A stretch of DNA of 64,000 nucleotides, taken from contig JBITNC010000002.1 in assembly GCA_050084985.1 (NCBI GenBank), positions 24,304,001 through 24,368,000 on the forward strand, in the 5' to 3' direction. The translations under genes were made by a program, and so were the position numbers. Positions 25,614-38,637 of this stretch are shown in pieces; position 1 is the stretch's first letter; each line of letters starts with the position of its first letter. The DNA is from Nageia nagi. Taxonomy: Eukaryota > Plantae > Pinophyta. A model generated the notes under the pieces. It had not been told where the DNA came from. It did not search any database and saw only the letters and a program-made list of their open reading frames with translations.

Positions 25614-26507
25614 TTAAGGCACAAATTTAGACTTGATAGGTGGTATCAAGAGACATTAAACATAGAATGTAATATAATCTATCAAAGTCTAGATATGATC
25701 AATGTCACATCCTTCTTCCATTAAATAGATGAGAGGTTCCACAAATGGCCAAGACACCTTTTTTGGATAGCACTATTTGGACTTGTTACCAAAAGGATAG
25801 AAATGAGTGAAATTATACTTTATTCCATAAATATAGAAAAATAAAGAATTAAATTACTTAAATGCTTAAATACATAAAATATGAGTTTTAATTAAATAAA
25901 AATCAAATTTAAGTATTAACAATAGGCACCAACCTTTGCAATCTCATCATTATTATCTTACATTATGGAAATGATATTATTGTGTTAGCTAAACATTATG
26001 ATAATCTTGTTAAATAGTTAAATATCCTTCAAACATATTGTAGAATAGCTTATTTAATAATTTAATGCCAGTAAAATCAAAATTATGATTATTAAATATT
26101 AAAAATGCTTAACCTTACAATTTTCTTCAATAATCAACCTCTAGAGGTGATCCACTCCTATAAATACTTAAATATTACTATTAATCATAAATTAAATAGG
26201 AATCTTAGTGTTGAAAAATGAATCTTTGCTAGATGGAAGGCCTTTTATGGTTTGAAAAATAACTGCAAAATATGAAAGTTTCAAATTAGAATAGAAAGAA
26301 AAATATTGTCTCTTGTCTCATAACTTCAGGAATCTTCTATAGTTGTGAAATTTGGGGTAGAATAAGTTATCATGAAATAAATACTACAACCAAGAAAAAA
26401 AAACATTATTTATAACATCAAATTTCAAAGTAATACACCATACCCTATCATTTTCATGGAATATGACGTACTCTCAATTGAAAGAAAAAATTTAAAATGA
26501 TATATAA

Positions 26508-26668
26508 TAGCTTTGATATAACCTCTTATATATCAAAAAATGCCACGAGATATCAGTCCCAAGGTGTCTATCTCATTTCTTAGTATTTCTATATCCAAGA
26601 TAGGCAAGCTCCTTGGGAATGATATCTCTCAACATTTTTTGATATATAAGGGGTTATATCAAAGCTAG
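26508..26668. mobile_element. Hairpin MITE-like element (~160 bp)
   Basis: Arms TAGCTTTGATATAACCTCTTATATATCAAAAAATG... and ...CATTTTTTGATATATAAGGGGTTATATCAAAGCTA. A half copy lies at 30781-30857. Confidence 0.8.
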
Positions 26669-28287
26669 TGGCATTCGTGTTTATGTTTATTGCATTAACA
26701 TTTTAAGAATAATATCCAAATGTTATATCCACTAATCCATCTATCACCTATTTATTTGAATAGAATGTTTATGATTTGTTTGATAAGGTTGGTTGTTCAT
26801 GTATATATAAGCTTGAAAAAATTTATATTTATTCTTTCAATATTAGACTTAGGATGTACATCCTTACACTTTAAAGTTTCAACTTGCATGATTATCATCT
26901 TAGTGTGATGTAAGATATTATTTCAAGCATATATATTAATCAAAAATCCTAAAGTAACAAAGTGGAGGGTTCCTACATAGCCTCTTTGTCTATAGTCTAT
27001 TAATGTTGTTCATGTGACATGTTGAACTTTCTCAAGTATTATTTATGACATCAAATTTCAAAGTAATACACCATACCCTATCATTCTCATGGAATGTGAT
27101 GTACTGTCTATTGAAAGAAAAAATCTAAAATGATATATATTATACAACTATAAATTAATAAAGTTAGATCATTTTAGGTCATCATAAACTCTTTGTTGTT
27201 GCTGCTAACAAACTTTTTAAATCCAATTATTTCTTAAAATAGGTTGACTAAAAGATTAATAAATGGTTTGAGTTTTAGAGCATACATAATAATAATCCTC
27301 TTTAAATAACAACTTGAAATTACAAATTATAAATAAAATAATTAAACTTTTATAGAGCAATGATAATGTTAAAAATAAAACAAAACTATTATATTATAAA
27401 AACATCATCAACCAAAACTTAAACATTCACCATAACTAATAAATTCTTAAACCATAATAACCAAAACAAACTTGATGATTTTATTATACATGTTGTTGAA
27501 AATAACTATATATGAATGATGGATGTTGATAAATCCTACAAAATAACAAAATTGTTAAAAAAATATCATATCATATTATATGATCATAGTTTATTGTGTT
27601 AATTAGCTATGTTTTATTAGTTTTCCATTTTGGTGAGAAAGACACTAACCACTACAATAAAAGTTTTGTTTGTTTGCAAACAAACGACACCGAGGGGCAT
27701 CATATCTGTTTGTTTGGTGGAGCATCGTATTAATTGTTTGGGGGAGTTTGTTATTCATGCTTGCATTAAATGTCAAAGACCTGATTTCACCAGACTCACT
27801 TGTGTCCTCCCACACCTTTCCTTGACCCTCGGTTTCCAAAGCTACCAAACTCAAACTCTCGTGTAAAACCATGAAACAAATGCCCATAAGTTTGGCTTTC
27901 ATGGTCTTCTCTTCCTTTTTATTTAATTCCATGCCTGCGAATGAATTTTTCCAATGTGAAAGTGGGGTGGGCACTCAGAAAAAGAATCGGTGCATGACGT
28001 TGAAATAACTTCACGGGTTGCCTAACTCAGCCCGCATTAATGCCAATACAGATCATACATCGATTCAGTTCTAACGCAATACGTCTCAATAGTGGGCGAC
28101 CTTGTGGATAGATACGCCCTGAACACCTTCTGTAAATAAATACTATGATGACTGTGTTCATTAGAGATGCATCAAGTCATTTATGATATAGCAGTGAAAT
28201 TATCAGGACATTGAATGTCAATGGGGCCACAAAAACTGCATGATTTTCAAGGCCTTTCTTCTTCTACATTTAGTTGAAGTTTTGTTG

Positions 28288-28296
28288 ATATAAAAT
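28288..28296 (+). promoter_or_regulatory. Candidate TATA box of the PADRE gene
   Basis: ATATAAAAT lies ~85 bp upstream of the ATG. A TCP-like site GGGGCCAC is at 28223-28230. Confidence 0.5.
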
Positions 28297-28374
28297 ACCA
28301 GTGTGCTGTTGTAGACTAACCCAGATTATCTGACATTATCATTTTTTCTGGGCTTTGTTTCTTTTGGGTCTTTG

Positions 28375-29104
28375 ATGGGGAATTGCCAAGCTTCTGATGC
28401 CGCTACAGTGATGTTGGAACATCCTAATGGTAAAGTTGAGAAGATTTATTGGTCTGTGACTGCGAACGAGGTCATGGGATCCAATCCTGGGCATTACGTG
28501 GCTGTTATTACAAAGAATGACTGTGATAGAACGGACCCTCAGAAACAGCTCAAGCTTCTGAGGCCTGATGATAAACTGCACATTGGCCATAACTATCGTC
28601 TGGTTTCATTTGAAGGTAAGTTTGAATGGCCTTGTGGGTGTTGTGTACACTTGTTTGTGAGATATGGGTGGTGTAATATTTGGTGTTATCTTGATTTTTC
28701 TTATATGCTTTTATTTTATTAGGTTGTAGGGATTGAATTATTTCAATGAATGTATCCGATCCAATTATTATCTTATTGTTGCAGAGGTTTTGATGGAGTT
28801 TTCTGGCAAAAACTATGTGAAACTCAATAAGCTGCTTTTTTCTCAGAAGGTCAAGAGACCAACTCCCAGTCAGGCAAACGGATTGGAGGTACTCTTGATC
28901 TGGTGTTGTGATTTATAATCTGGTTTGTCTTACAGTTTTGAGGTACTCTTAAGGTTTCAATGAGATTTGATTGTGTAGATTGTTCGTGGTATTTGTTAGG
29001 TACAGGGATTGAATCTAGGCAGAGGGATTGGAGGGACAAGATCAATGGGAAGGCAAGGGCAATGGAGACCTGCGTTACAAAGTATTTCTGAGGTTGGACG
29101 TTAG
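28375..29104 (+). CDS. PADRE / DUF4228 family protein, 149 aa; exons 28375-28615, 28785-28888, 29000-29104
   Basis: Begins MGNCQASDAATVMLEHPNGKVEKIYWSVTANEVMGSNPGHYVA, contains LKLLRPDDKLHIGHNYRLVSFEEVL and ends with WRPALQSISE. GT-AG introns join in frame (241+104+105=450 nt). MGNC is a typical acylation signal. Confidence 0.93.
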
Positions 29105-30780
29105 CAAATTCTAGATCAATATACAAAGCTTGCAAAGGAAGTCTGGTTGATTTAGACGAGATGGTAGTTTTATTTTAAACATGATAGTAGAAAGCAGAAT
29201 TGGATGTATGCCTAAAATTAGTGGGATGGGGGTGAAGAGTTATTTATTTGGATTGCCCTATGTGCATGCACTTGAAAGATATAAGCTGATTAGAGAGAGC
29301 CATGGCGGTCATGATGCAGAAATCTGTAGTCTGGTCTGCATAACCTGATTCGAAGATTGTGGTGATGAAATAAGTATGATGAAGGAATTGATAATAAGCA
29401 TTTTACTTGAAGTGGGATAAGTTAATAAAACCTTCATTGGATTGATGTCTTTTAAATGCGATTATCAAGGGATGCTGGATTGATGTTAATCCTTTAAAAG
29501 GATTAATATTCTAGTTTCATACATTTATGATTAAAACTCATTTAGGATTTTCAAAAAGTAATTAGATTGATTGTGTTATAATTGTTTTTCAAACAGGCAT
29601 ATAGAACAAATAGCACATCTGAATCATTCACACATGAAAAATAATAAGTACATAAAAAATAATAAATTTATAAGATGGCGATGAGAATAACGGAATGTGA
29701 TTTATATGGTAGTATTTGTATTATATCATTTTAAATTTAGGAGTTAGTTATTACATGTTTATGGTTTAATATTTGATTGAAATTGAAATAATTTTAAACT
29801 TTTAACATCAAGTCAATATCACATGCTAGTTATTCGTTAAATGTTGATTTCAATATTAAAAAAAAATGAACAGATTTTATTATTTAAAAAGTAAAGTGGG
29901 CTTCAAAAAATCTAATTATCACATTAGAATCATATAAAATAAATAATATATAACATTAAATAAAATAAATTATATATAAATTAATAAATTAACATTAAAA
30001 TAAATACCAAGAAGTATCAATTGGTGTGTAGGAAATGATCTCTTCGTGTTTTTTTTAATTAAACGGATTATGTTATTTTTAAAAAAAAGGAATAGTCAGC
30101 TTCAAAAATATAATTTAAAAACTATACAAATATGATACTTTTTAAGAAAAATATATAAAATACCTATTAAATATAATAAATTACACCTCAAAAATGATAT
30201 TATCCAATTTTTTTTATTTATATAAAAGAATATATCAAAGCTAGTTATAAATTATTTGAAATTGATTGTGATAAAATATGAAGGAAAATAAATTTAAGAA
30301 ACTTACCTTGAAAGTTGTTAATAGAATGTCCATCAATTTGGTTTGACTTCTATAATAAGCATGATATCCAAAGAGTTTTATTTTGATATCCTATTTGAAT
30401 TCTTTTTTTTTCCTAAGTAAATTAAACTTACACCTGTTTTATATTATGTTTTCATAGTTAAATGTTAAGTTAATTTAAATATTTAAAAATTAGATTTAAC
30501 ATCTTTAGTATGCAGTTATTTGTATATGATCGTGGAGTTTTGTAGATACTTAAAAGAGTTTTATTAATCAAATAATATGAGTGTTTAAGATATTTAATAT
30601 TATTTAATAATGATAAAAGATATATTCATGAAGTAGCAACTATGAAAAATTAATAATAGCTAAGAACAATAATGAAATGATAAAAATAAACAATGCTTTA
30701 GCTATTGGATAATATCTAGTTTTATAGAGGTTAAAATTTAAGATACATTTGTTGTCATTACTTATGAGGCATACTAGATG

Positions 30781-30857
30781 CTAGCTTTGATATAACCCCT
30801 TATATATCAAGAAATGCCAAGAGATATAATTTCCAAGATGTTTATCTTGGATATAGC
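30781..30857 (+). repeat. Half copy of the MITE at 26508-26668
   Basis: CTAGCTTTGATATAACCCCTTATATATCAAGAAATGCCAAGAGATAT is near-identical to the left arm. Confidence 0.8.
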
Positions 30858-33800
30858 AAATGGTTACATAAAGTTGAATTCTAATTAGTTTTATTTTTTG
30901 ATTTGAAATTTATTAAACACTTCATTTATATATAAAAAAATATTTGTTAAAATTAATATATTCGGCTTTGCATTAAAATTTTAATAAAATTAAAGTAGTT
31001 GGCCAAATGCTTATGATCGAAAAGATGATGCAACATTTTGGCTCTCACACCCCCTCCCCTTAGCTGCCATTGTAGGTATGCCTCTTGACGTAACTAGAAA
31101 TAGACTTGGCAAGTTATCAAAACTTAATTCATCCTAGATTGAGAGAAAAATAGCCACACTTCTTAAACACCAGTGCTAGGGATTCTATTCTACATGATGA
31201 AGTGTATATGCTTGAAAACCTTAACAAATAACCTCTAAATAAATCTCAATCATATGCAAACCTCTAAGTAGCGTATACCAACAAATAAGGAGAAAGATGA
31301 ATAACAAATCTCATATGATAGGACAACTCTCAAATCTTAATAGGTGGTGAACGAAGACACCAATCACATATAATACTTGAGAATGTAGAATGCTTGTATG
31401 AGAACTATAAAGATCTCTCACATTCTACATTCTATTAGATGTACTTAGATGTGATAGTGCAAGGATCAAGGAGTACTAAGTACAACTATTAGATGTTATC
31501 TCTCACATGTCCTTCTTTTATAGCTCACTTAGTACTCCTTGATCCTTGCACTATAAAAGAAGAAAATGTGAGAGATAACATGCATGTCGACTTATAATAA
31601 CAATATATCATAAATAATCTCAAAATAAAACAAATATATTATCTTCATACTTTAGGACATTTAAAAATTAAAAAAAGTGGTATTAACAATTGTCCAACTT
31701 TTGAGGTGTGGTGGTTTGGTACCTTGGAACCATACATTTCAAAGGAGAGGAAGCATAATATGACATATAGAAAGAATAGTATAATACTTTCTTAAAAGAT
31801 GATCTTGGCGATAGCATTAGATAGCTCATTTTCATTGTACTCCTATTACCTCCTCTTTCCCTTAGTTTTTGTAATGAAAACACCATTAAATGGAAGAAGT
31901 TAATGTAAAGAACAGGATATATAGATTCTCTCTTGTCTCTACTTTTAACCAATTGCTTCATGCAAGGAACCACCAATGGAAAGGAGGCATGGTAAAAGTT
32001 GAAACAAAGAGAAAAATAACTACAAGTAATATTCTCATGCATCATTGTTAGATATAATAATAAGTAATATGAGAGTGGGTAAATATCATAATCTAGTGGT
32101 ACTTAATGCACCAAGTACCAATTGGACATATCATAGGGTAATGTTAGAACCCTTCATTCTTCATGCCCGAAGAACAAAAATAGGATTTTGAATGGTTTAC
32201 CTCCAAAAGAGAACGTTATATAACCATGATAAATCTTCACAATGAGGTTTCCATTATAGGTATTTATTTATTCTACGGTTTCAAACAAGTATAGACATGT
32301 GAAGATAGAAGTGTGAGCATGGTAATGTGAACATAGTGAATCTTAGAAATGTGATCATAGTGAATCATAGACATGTGAACATAGAGAACATAATAAATCG
32401 TAGCAATGGGGCATATGCATAAAGCTAGGTCCACTAAAAGTGGACATGGGTGGGTTGGTTGTGAGTTTGGAAGAAACAAGATCATGTTTAATAAAACTTG
32501 GGATCTTATTTTGCTTCAGTTTCCCAAATCAAAAAATAAAATAAGATCCTAACTTTTAAATTGAGATCCTATTATGGTTCAAGATCCTAATTTGTTTAAA
32601 ATAGAATCCTATTTTAAAGAACTAATGATATCAAATTAATCAATGACACCAATATCCCTAAACCCTATACTCTAAACTAGATAGAGAGGACAATTATATT
32701 ATAGGAAAACTCATTCGATTAAACAAAATGTAGGAATATAAGGTGGAAGCGATGGAGCTATTGGAGAAATATAGTTCATATGTATATTATATGTAATTAG
32801 TGATGTATTTAGTTCTATAAAAATGTTAGCAAGAAAATTACAGAGTGGTGATGGTGGAGAAATATATGATGGTAAGGAATTGATAAAGATGCTTAGATGG
32901 GCATGAAAATGGGCATCTGGGCATACCCACTATCATTAATGGGCATAAATGGGAATGCCTCTAATTATATAAAATCACAGTAATACTCACTATCATTAAT
33001 GGGTATGCATGTAATTATTTCTTCAAATGCAAAAAAAATTTTGAAAGCTTGTTATACCTATGGGAGGATAATTCAAATACTTTTGATCATTATTGAAGTA
33101 CATGTATAATATTCCATTATTTGATATTTAGACATATCGTATGTAGATATGGATGAGATAAGATCATGTAGTTATATATGGAATATTGCTAAAGTTATCC
33201 AACTTAAGCACCACTTTTTCCTTGCATTGTAGTTTTGAGTTGAGACTGATGGATGGGTTGATAAAGCTAAACATAACTTTTCATGATGATCACATGCATT
33301 CAATTAACCTATTTCCTTCTATGTCTTCATCCTAAGATCCAAATTCTCTACTCAACCACATAGAATTTTTGCCAACTTCATTCTCTACTTGTAGTTGCTT
33401 GCATTACATTCTTTTTCTTCCATAGAATGTAACAAAGGTGAAGGTCTAAGATCCAAGGAAATTGTAAAGAAGAACTTAATGGTAGAAGATATATAAGGGA
33501 GTTATATATTTACTCAGAAGGCCCATAATTTGTATCCTTATCTTGAGGAGTTGTCCCACTTGATAATTGCTATTGAGATACACCTTGCAACCTAAAGGAA
33601 ACTTGACTCCTAAATATTGATGTATTGGTATGCCATCTTGCAATTAAGTTCATCCTTTGAATTTGATACATCATTCATTAAAAAATAGTACAAAAGGTAC
33701 CATTATTGATTGCTACGATGAGGGTATCATGGGGGATGATTGCAACAAACGGGATGTTAATGTTATGAACTTCGTTTATCATTTCAAACATTAATTTTAT

Positions 33801-34409
33801 TATATGCAGATAATCCCCCAATATTACACTAAAAAAAATCAATGGAATGGTACTAGACAATTGTTCTAGAAAATACTTGTAGGTTCCTATGGTATGCCAC
33901 ATTATACTACTTCAATGGCTATGCATAGTTCACAGATTGTTGGGAGAACTTCATACATGAATAATTCATTCAACCTAGAGATGTTATAGTGTTGAGAAGC
34001 CTTACATATTCATATTTTATTATTTGAATATATGAACCAAGTGGAAATGAAAAAATCCTTAGAAATTTGTATATTGCAAAAGAATAGTCACCCTTATGTC
34101 ATGGTTTAAAATCTATTTTGTGCACTAGTTATCCTCATACACATGGTTCCATAAATAAACCAATCATTAAAGAAGAAGAAGAAGAAGAAATAGTTTTCCA
34201 TGACTACATACAAAATGTTGCTTTTCCATTACCTACACCACTAACACCAAATGCCATTACATGCTCATGAAAATGCGCAAAATCATAAATATAGATACAT
34301 CTCATAATTTTTTTATAGAATTAAACTTCAAAGTACATCACTTAAAAATGTCATAGAGAGTTCATGATAATTGATACAATTACAACTAAAAAACATTTAT
34401 ACTGTAAAG

Positions 34410-34970
34410 ATTGCAATGGGAGGAGGGAATGTAAATCCTAAAAGAGAAAATATTTTATGAATCACAGCTCTTCAACATCAATTGATGTATCAATTTTTAA
34501 ATTCATATCAAATAACTTCACATCTTTAGTGAGTAAATCCATAGGTTTAACCTTTTTTTATGTTGAAAGTGAGGTTTAAGTCTAAAGGTTTGTGGTTGAT
34601 TTTGGTTTGTAAGAGATTTCTTCATACTCTACAAAGAAGATCAGATCATCAGGGGGTTGTATGCACATAATTCTAGAGAGTTTAAGTGGTAGTTTATAGG
34701 ATATTATGTTGTGTTATTCTGGTAATTATGCATATTTTAAAGATGGTTAGGAAGACTTTGTTTCCCATAATTCAATATAAGTTCAAGATATTCTTATCAT
34801 CATACATGTTCTAAATGTTCATATTCTTGTTCAAATATTCAAAAGTAATGGAAAAGAAAAATAATGAGATATAGCCTTCCCATTCATTCAAGTAGCAAAA
34901 CTACCCACAACATTTAAAGTAAAAATGAAGTTTATTATGGTTGAGAATGGTTTGGATTCTAGGAAGCTTC
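34410..34970 (+). pseudogene. REM-type B3-domain gene remnant, copy 1
   Basis: An exon-like piece ...YFMNHSSSTSIDVSIFKFISNNFTSL is followed by the donor GTGAGT (~34529). Then comes YFKDG*EDFVSHNSI*VQDILIIIHV..HILVQIFKSNGKE. Confidence 0.65.
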
Positions 34971-35829
34971 CTGAAATGGAGTCTAATTAGTTTAAAAAAT
35001 ATTTAATCTATTTGGATGGTGAAGAAAATGAAAGTAATCCTCACATCCTAAAGTCAAATATCCATGAAGGCCATGATGTTAAGTGATCCTCATAGGGTGA
35101 GTAACTTCCTTTTACTTAAAAACCAATGAAGGACTTCATAAATTTAGATATAAAATTTCTTCCAAGTACATCAATTGTTGGGGATTTTATGAGAGTGTCC
35201 CTTTTCACTACTTGATTTTAGGTTTTTTTTAACTTCATAAGTAAGTTACATTATCTTAAACCCTATACCCTAAACAAGAGGGTAATGATATTAGAGGAAT
35301 ACTTACTAGATAACAAAATGAAAGAGTGAAAGGTGGAAGCGGTGGAGCTATTGGAGGAATATAGTTCATATGTATATTGTAAGTAATTAGTGTTGTATTT
35401 AGTTCTATGAAAATGTTAGCAAGCAGATTATAGAGCAGTGATGGTGGGAAAAAATATGAAGGGTAAGAAATTTACAGAGATGCATATATGGGTATAAAAA
35501 AGGGCATGAGCATATGGAGCTTGTAAAAAAATGGAGTGAATTCTTATGCACAAGGATTCAACATTCTTACTTAATCAAGAGAATTCTTCACTATCAAATC
35601 CTCTTTCTACAAAGGTTGGTCCTAGATTTGGAGTCATAACAATGCCACCACCATTAATAGAGAGAATTGAAGTGGTGATGAAATCTTAAAATGGATATTT
35701 GTTTAGGTTTCTTATGGGCATGAAAATGGGCATGGGAATTTGGGGCTTATGAAAAAATGGAATTGAATCTATTGATGGAGTGAGGTACTAACATAGTTGT
35801 GAATATAACACAGTTTGCACAAGTGATTT

Positions 35830-36710
35830 TGATTTTTAAGAGATTTTTTCACACTTTGTAAAGAATAATAGATCATTAAGGGGTTGTACACATGCAATTT
35901 TGAAGAGTCCAAGTGGACAACGGTTTATGGGATATTATGTTGTGTTGTTCTAGTAATTTTGCATATTTGAAAGATGGTTGGGAAGACTTTGTATCTCATC
36001 ATTCAATACAAGTTCAAGATATAATTATCTTCATACATGTTCTAGATGTTCATTTTCTTGTTCAAATCTTCAAAAGTAGTGGAAAATAAAAATAATGAGA
36101 TATAGCATGTCCATTCACTCCTATAGCAAAAATGCCCACAACATTTGAAGTAGAACTAAAGTTTATTATAGTTGAGAATGCTTTGGAATCTAGGATACTT
36201 CCTAACTTTGGAATTGCAAAATGAAAGAGGGTGTTGTTTAAGTTTTTTGGGTTTGCATGTCTATAGATGATTTTGAATGTCCCAATCCATTTGAAATAGA
36301 TGAACTTTAGTTCTCATATAAGATAGTGAAGTCTATATTCGATCACTTAGCTTAGCTTGTGAGATATCTCTTCCTTCATCACACAATGAATATATTATAA
36401 AAATATATTTGAGATTTTTTTCTTTATCTTCTCTCTATTTATCTAGATTGGATTGCAATATGTTCCCAATTCCTTTGTTTGAAGATGGTTTCCTCATAAA
36501 AGGAAAAAGTTTTGTTAGTATGTTAGAGGAGAAAATGGTATGTGGACTTCGTAACAAGCGTTGCACCAACCCATGTTAAGCCTAAGCTTATGAATGTTTG
36601 GAAGCATTTTAGTATTGACAATAAACTTAAGGTTAATGATATTTGTCATTTTGAATTAATAAATAAAACAAATTATGTATTCAAAGTCATAATATCCAAA
36701 GCTTAAACCA
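35830..36710 (+). pseudogene. REM-type B3-domain gene remnant, copy 2, two B3 domains
   Basis: The first domain reads HFVK...AILKSPSGQ..WDIML...YLKDGWEDFVSHHSIQVQDIIIF...FLVQIF. The second reads YVPNSFV*RWF...WYVDF...WKHFSIDNKLKVNDICHFELINKTNYVFKVII. Stops and frameshifts are present. Confidence 0.75.
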
Positions 36711-37029
36711 ACATCACAATGTTATATGATTCCCCTAACATCGGTATAAAACACACTTTTCTATGCTTGGAGAATGACACCTATATTAGTTAAGAGATCA
36801 ATATGATGAAGGGCACTACCTATTCTCTCACCCTCGATGCATTGGTACTATACCTCCTTCAAGTAGAATTCAAAAGACTCATTCTACACTAAATGGTAGG
36901 GTGTTGTAGACATTGGGAAAAATGGGATCCAAATAATAAACAAAATGAGATCCCATTTTAAATTTCAAATCTTATCCCCCTTGATTTTGCCTTGGTTTTT
37001 TGTCTTATGTGAGGCATGGTAAGGAAAGC

Positions 37030-37800
37030 CTTAGCCTTAGACATGGATATATAAGTTCTTATCATTTTACAATGGAAAAACTTAAGTTTTGATGTGTACT
37101 TCATAAAGATTTTTTACAAAATTAAAACCATTATAGATGAGTGAGTGTAGGTTTCAAATATGTAATTTTTTTAATAATTGGATTATACTTTCTATTTTTC
37201 AATTAATTTTCAATCAAACTTGTCCGTAAACTTGAAAAAGTAGGGTATCTTATTTGTTTAATAACTTTTTATTTTCTTATAATTATAAAAACATAAATTA
37301 TATGTCAACATTATGCACATAATTTTATACTAAATAAAAAATTCCAAAAAAGGATAAGTGTAGGTCAAGTTATGTTGGTCCAACAAAAGTACTTTTAAAA
37401 AATGTAATTAAGGCCAATAAAAATAAAATATAATATAATTCATCAAAAAATTATGAAAAAATATTTTGAACATTCTCCAATGTATTAATTATCTATTTGT
37501 AAAAGGATTTTAAAAAATACATTAATTTAGGTCAAATTATGTTGGCCCAATAATTAAAGGTATGATCCTAAAATAATAAATTTTAAAAAGTGTTTTTTAT
37601 AGATTCTTATCAAATTTAATTTCTATAATTTAGGTATTTGAATAAATTACATATGTAAAAACTAGACTTCAAGCACCACATTTTTGTTGAAGATACCTTT
37701 TCAAGATTCCATCTCTAAGTTCTTCAAATTTTGAGATCATTTGTGACCAAATTGAAAATCAAAGAAAAAGTATCCACTTTTTGGCCATAAAGTGGACCCA
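37030..37800 (-). repeat. Inverted copy of the repeat at 23245-23870
   Basis: Reverse-complement similarity to 23245-23870, as above. Confidence 0.75.
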
Positions 37801-38406
37801 TCTTGCACACACCCAATGCAAACATAGTGAATCATAGATATGTGAACGTATGCTTCATAGAGAGAATATAAAGAAGATAAAATGAAGATAGAGAACATAG
37901 TGAATCATATAATGAACATAAAGAACATGATGAATCATAGAATGAATATAGACAAAATTGATCCTTGTACTAATATAAAAAATTACAAATGGAGTTAAGG
38001 AAGAAAAGTTTTTAAGTTTCTAATGGCATACCACTAAGACAAATTGAACATGATCTTATGTCCTAAGTATTAACACTTGAAAAAATTTAAAGTACGCTAT
38101 CTAACTTCATTAAAATGAAACACCTAAGATTTTCTAATGCTAAATTTTTTATTTTGGCTTATTTTTACCTCTAAGCCCAAGTTTGATAACTTGGGAACTA
38201 AAAATATTAATCTTAAAAATTTTGTGAATCTTATTCTCTAAATATAACCATACGATTTCCATTATCCTTTTTAAACTGAAATATGATATTGAATCTTAAA
38301 TGAAACTTATCCACTAAATTCTAATATGAAATTGTTATTGAACTTAGCAAAAAAGAATGATTCATACAGTCAACTTGGTTACCTTAAAGTTACAAAACCC
38401 ATTTCA

Positions 38407-38637
38407 TGATGACTTTAAAAAATTATCAAGAAAAAGAACATATGGAAAAAAACATCATGCTTTATGGCCTTGAAGATTCATATTGGTATCTTAAGGAATA
38501 TCATAGATATATTTAAATGATTTGATGACTTTAAAAAATTATCAAGAAAAAGAACATATGGAAAAAAACATCATGCTTTATGGCCTTGAAGATTCATATT
38601 GGTATCTTAAGGAATATCATAGATATATTTAAATGAT
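38407..38637. repeat. Perfect tandem duplication, period 116 bp
   Basis: TGATGACTTTAAAAAATTATC...ATTTAAATGAT occurs at 38407 and 38523. Confidence 0.95.

Noticed and set aside
27630-27974. ORFs upstream of the PADRE gene
   Set aside because: They have non-ATG starts and no motifs, and are likely promoter sequence.
31040-31075. TRIM with adjacent PBS and PPT (minus strand TGGCAGCTA-AGGGGAGGGGG-TG)
   Set aside because: No matching LTR pair was found; similarity to candidates at 31422 and 31507 is only 8 bp.
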